DNA of 64,000 nt from Catajapyx aquilonaris (taxonomy: Eukaryota): positions 1 to 64,000 of the forward strand of contig KZ538212.1 of NCBI GenBank assembly GCA_000934665.2. The letters are read 5' to 3'. Made by a program: the position numbers and the translations under genes. Within the stretch, counting starts at the first letter, position 1. Every line of letters begins with the position of its first letter. Below the pieces are notes generated by a model, which worked only from the letters and a program-made list of their open reading frames with translations, did no database searches and was not told the origin of the DNA. Of this stretch, positions 62,591-64,000 are shown one piece after another.

Positions 62591-64000
62591 ATTTGCACAT
62601 TAATTCGCTCTAAGTACTGTACCAGGCAGATTTAATTTCATGAGGTTAAAACGTCATCTTTATTTGGTATATATTCAGAAGAACTGTTATTAGTTACATA
62701 ACCAAAACGCGCTTTTGATGGTTGTGCTTGTTAGTGTCAGTTTTGCATTACGACAACCATTGCCATTATATTTTACCCATGCACAGACGTTGGGTTATCA
62801 TACACAAGAACTAGTTCCAGTAAGCATTTTTGCTCACAAGAGAATGCATGTGGTGAAATGCAACGAGCGAGCGCACTATTATTTCTTCTAATCTCGACTG
62901 GCAATCTACAGAGGTGCTCTCTGATGCTGCAAGGACAATTGTTGTATAATGCATCATAATCCGCTTAATCGCATATGTCAGCGCAATGTTACACTTATAT
63001 ATACCTGCAGCATAATAAATTGCAAGAGGCCGCATAATTCATCATCGTGATTACACAGAAGTGTCTGAAAATTTGAACAAGTACTGATTGTTACGAGGTC
63101 CTTTTTAACCACAGCAAACTGATGGAGGGGGCTCCTTGCGGTGCAGAGGAAAACCTGTTTAAAGACTTTTTCCATCTGCACACAAGCCCATAAAGATGCG
63201 GCCGATTCAAAACATGAAGTTAATTCTCCGAGTTACCCGCTAATTGGACAATCCCGCACACTTGCTCCGACTGCATTATGGGGATTTATTTGATAGAAGC
63301 ATGGATTTAAGGGGTGATGTGTGGACGTCCGCCTATAAAAATCCTATCCGGTCCATTCACAGTCTTCAGCCTTGAGAGAGAGTGAATATAAGAGATGGGC
63401 AGGCAGCCTTTCCTTCATACATTAACCTACCGGAGTTTGGGGATTGGACGCGCCAGGAGGTCCACGTCACTCATGACACCCAAGGGTCATACCTATACAC
63501 ACACGAAACCGGGTTCCTTGCCCAATTTTTTATTCCTCTTCCTCGCTTTCAACGGGGATGTGTCATACACATAATATACAAACCTGCACTTTGCAGAAGG
63601 CCGCACTATAAGCTCCATTGTCACTATTTCTGGCAGTTATGTAATCAAATTAAATCACGATTCACTCTGTAGGGGAATCACTTGCGGATACATTGCTCAA
63701 TGGCGAAATTGAATCTTTTGTTTTGCACAGAGTATGTATAGAAATCGACGCCAACATTTCTTGCTAACATTGCATATAAAGTTATGCAAGTTATACTCGC
63801 GGCTTGGAGGACACATCTTTCTTGCAGTGATATCAATTTTGCGCGATTTCATGGCAGTTGTGGCATCATCAGAGTGAGAAAAACTGCAAAACTGAAGATA
63901 TTGTTTTTAAAAAAATGGTGGAAAAAATACGAAAATATTGATATTATTAGTAGGCCTAATCAACATAGAAGACTCAAAATGAGAACATAAATCCTTACGG

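Noticed and set aside
73..63990. Several hundred short ORFs of 60-235 aa outside the basonuclin exons
   Set aside because: Low-complexity translations of homopolymers, microsatellites and repeats, often with non-ATG starts; no domains or consistent splice signals.

Overview
Eukaryotic (animal, most likely arthropod/ecdysozoan) genomic DNA from a draft assembly with N gaps; no prokaryotic systems, CRISPR arrays, rRNA or convincing tRNA genes were seen. The window is dominated by one large + strand gene of the basonuclin / disconnected (disco, disco-r) family of C2H2 zinc-finger transcription factors. Three coding exons splice in frame: 18806-18908 (Cys-rich AIRCTVPSCSC...HDWVPH), 47125-47366 (basonuclin N-terminal conserved domain) and 53820-57050 (rest of that domain, three zinc-finger pairs, stop). 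Together they encode about 1191 aa; the start-codon exon is not securely located. The 28.2 kb intron contains a good candidate alternative promoter and first exon (~42456-42762, Inr-like + DPE, phase-compatible donor). Non-coding DNA carries TA-flanked MITEs (two nested), several minisatellites, three unrelated tandem arrays built from alternating inverted repeats (two with a locally inverted segment), a pre-miRNA-like hairpin and many poly-G/C tracts. Almost all other ORFs in the track are spurious.
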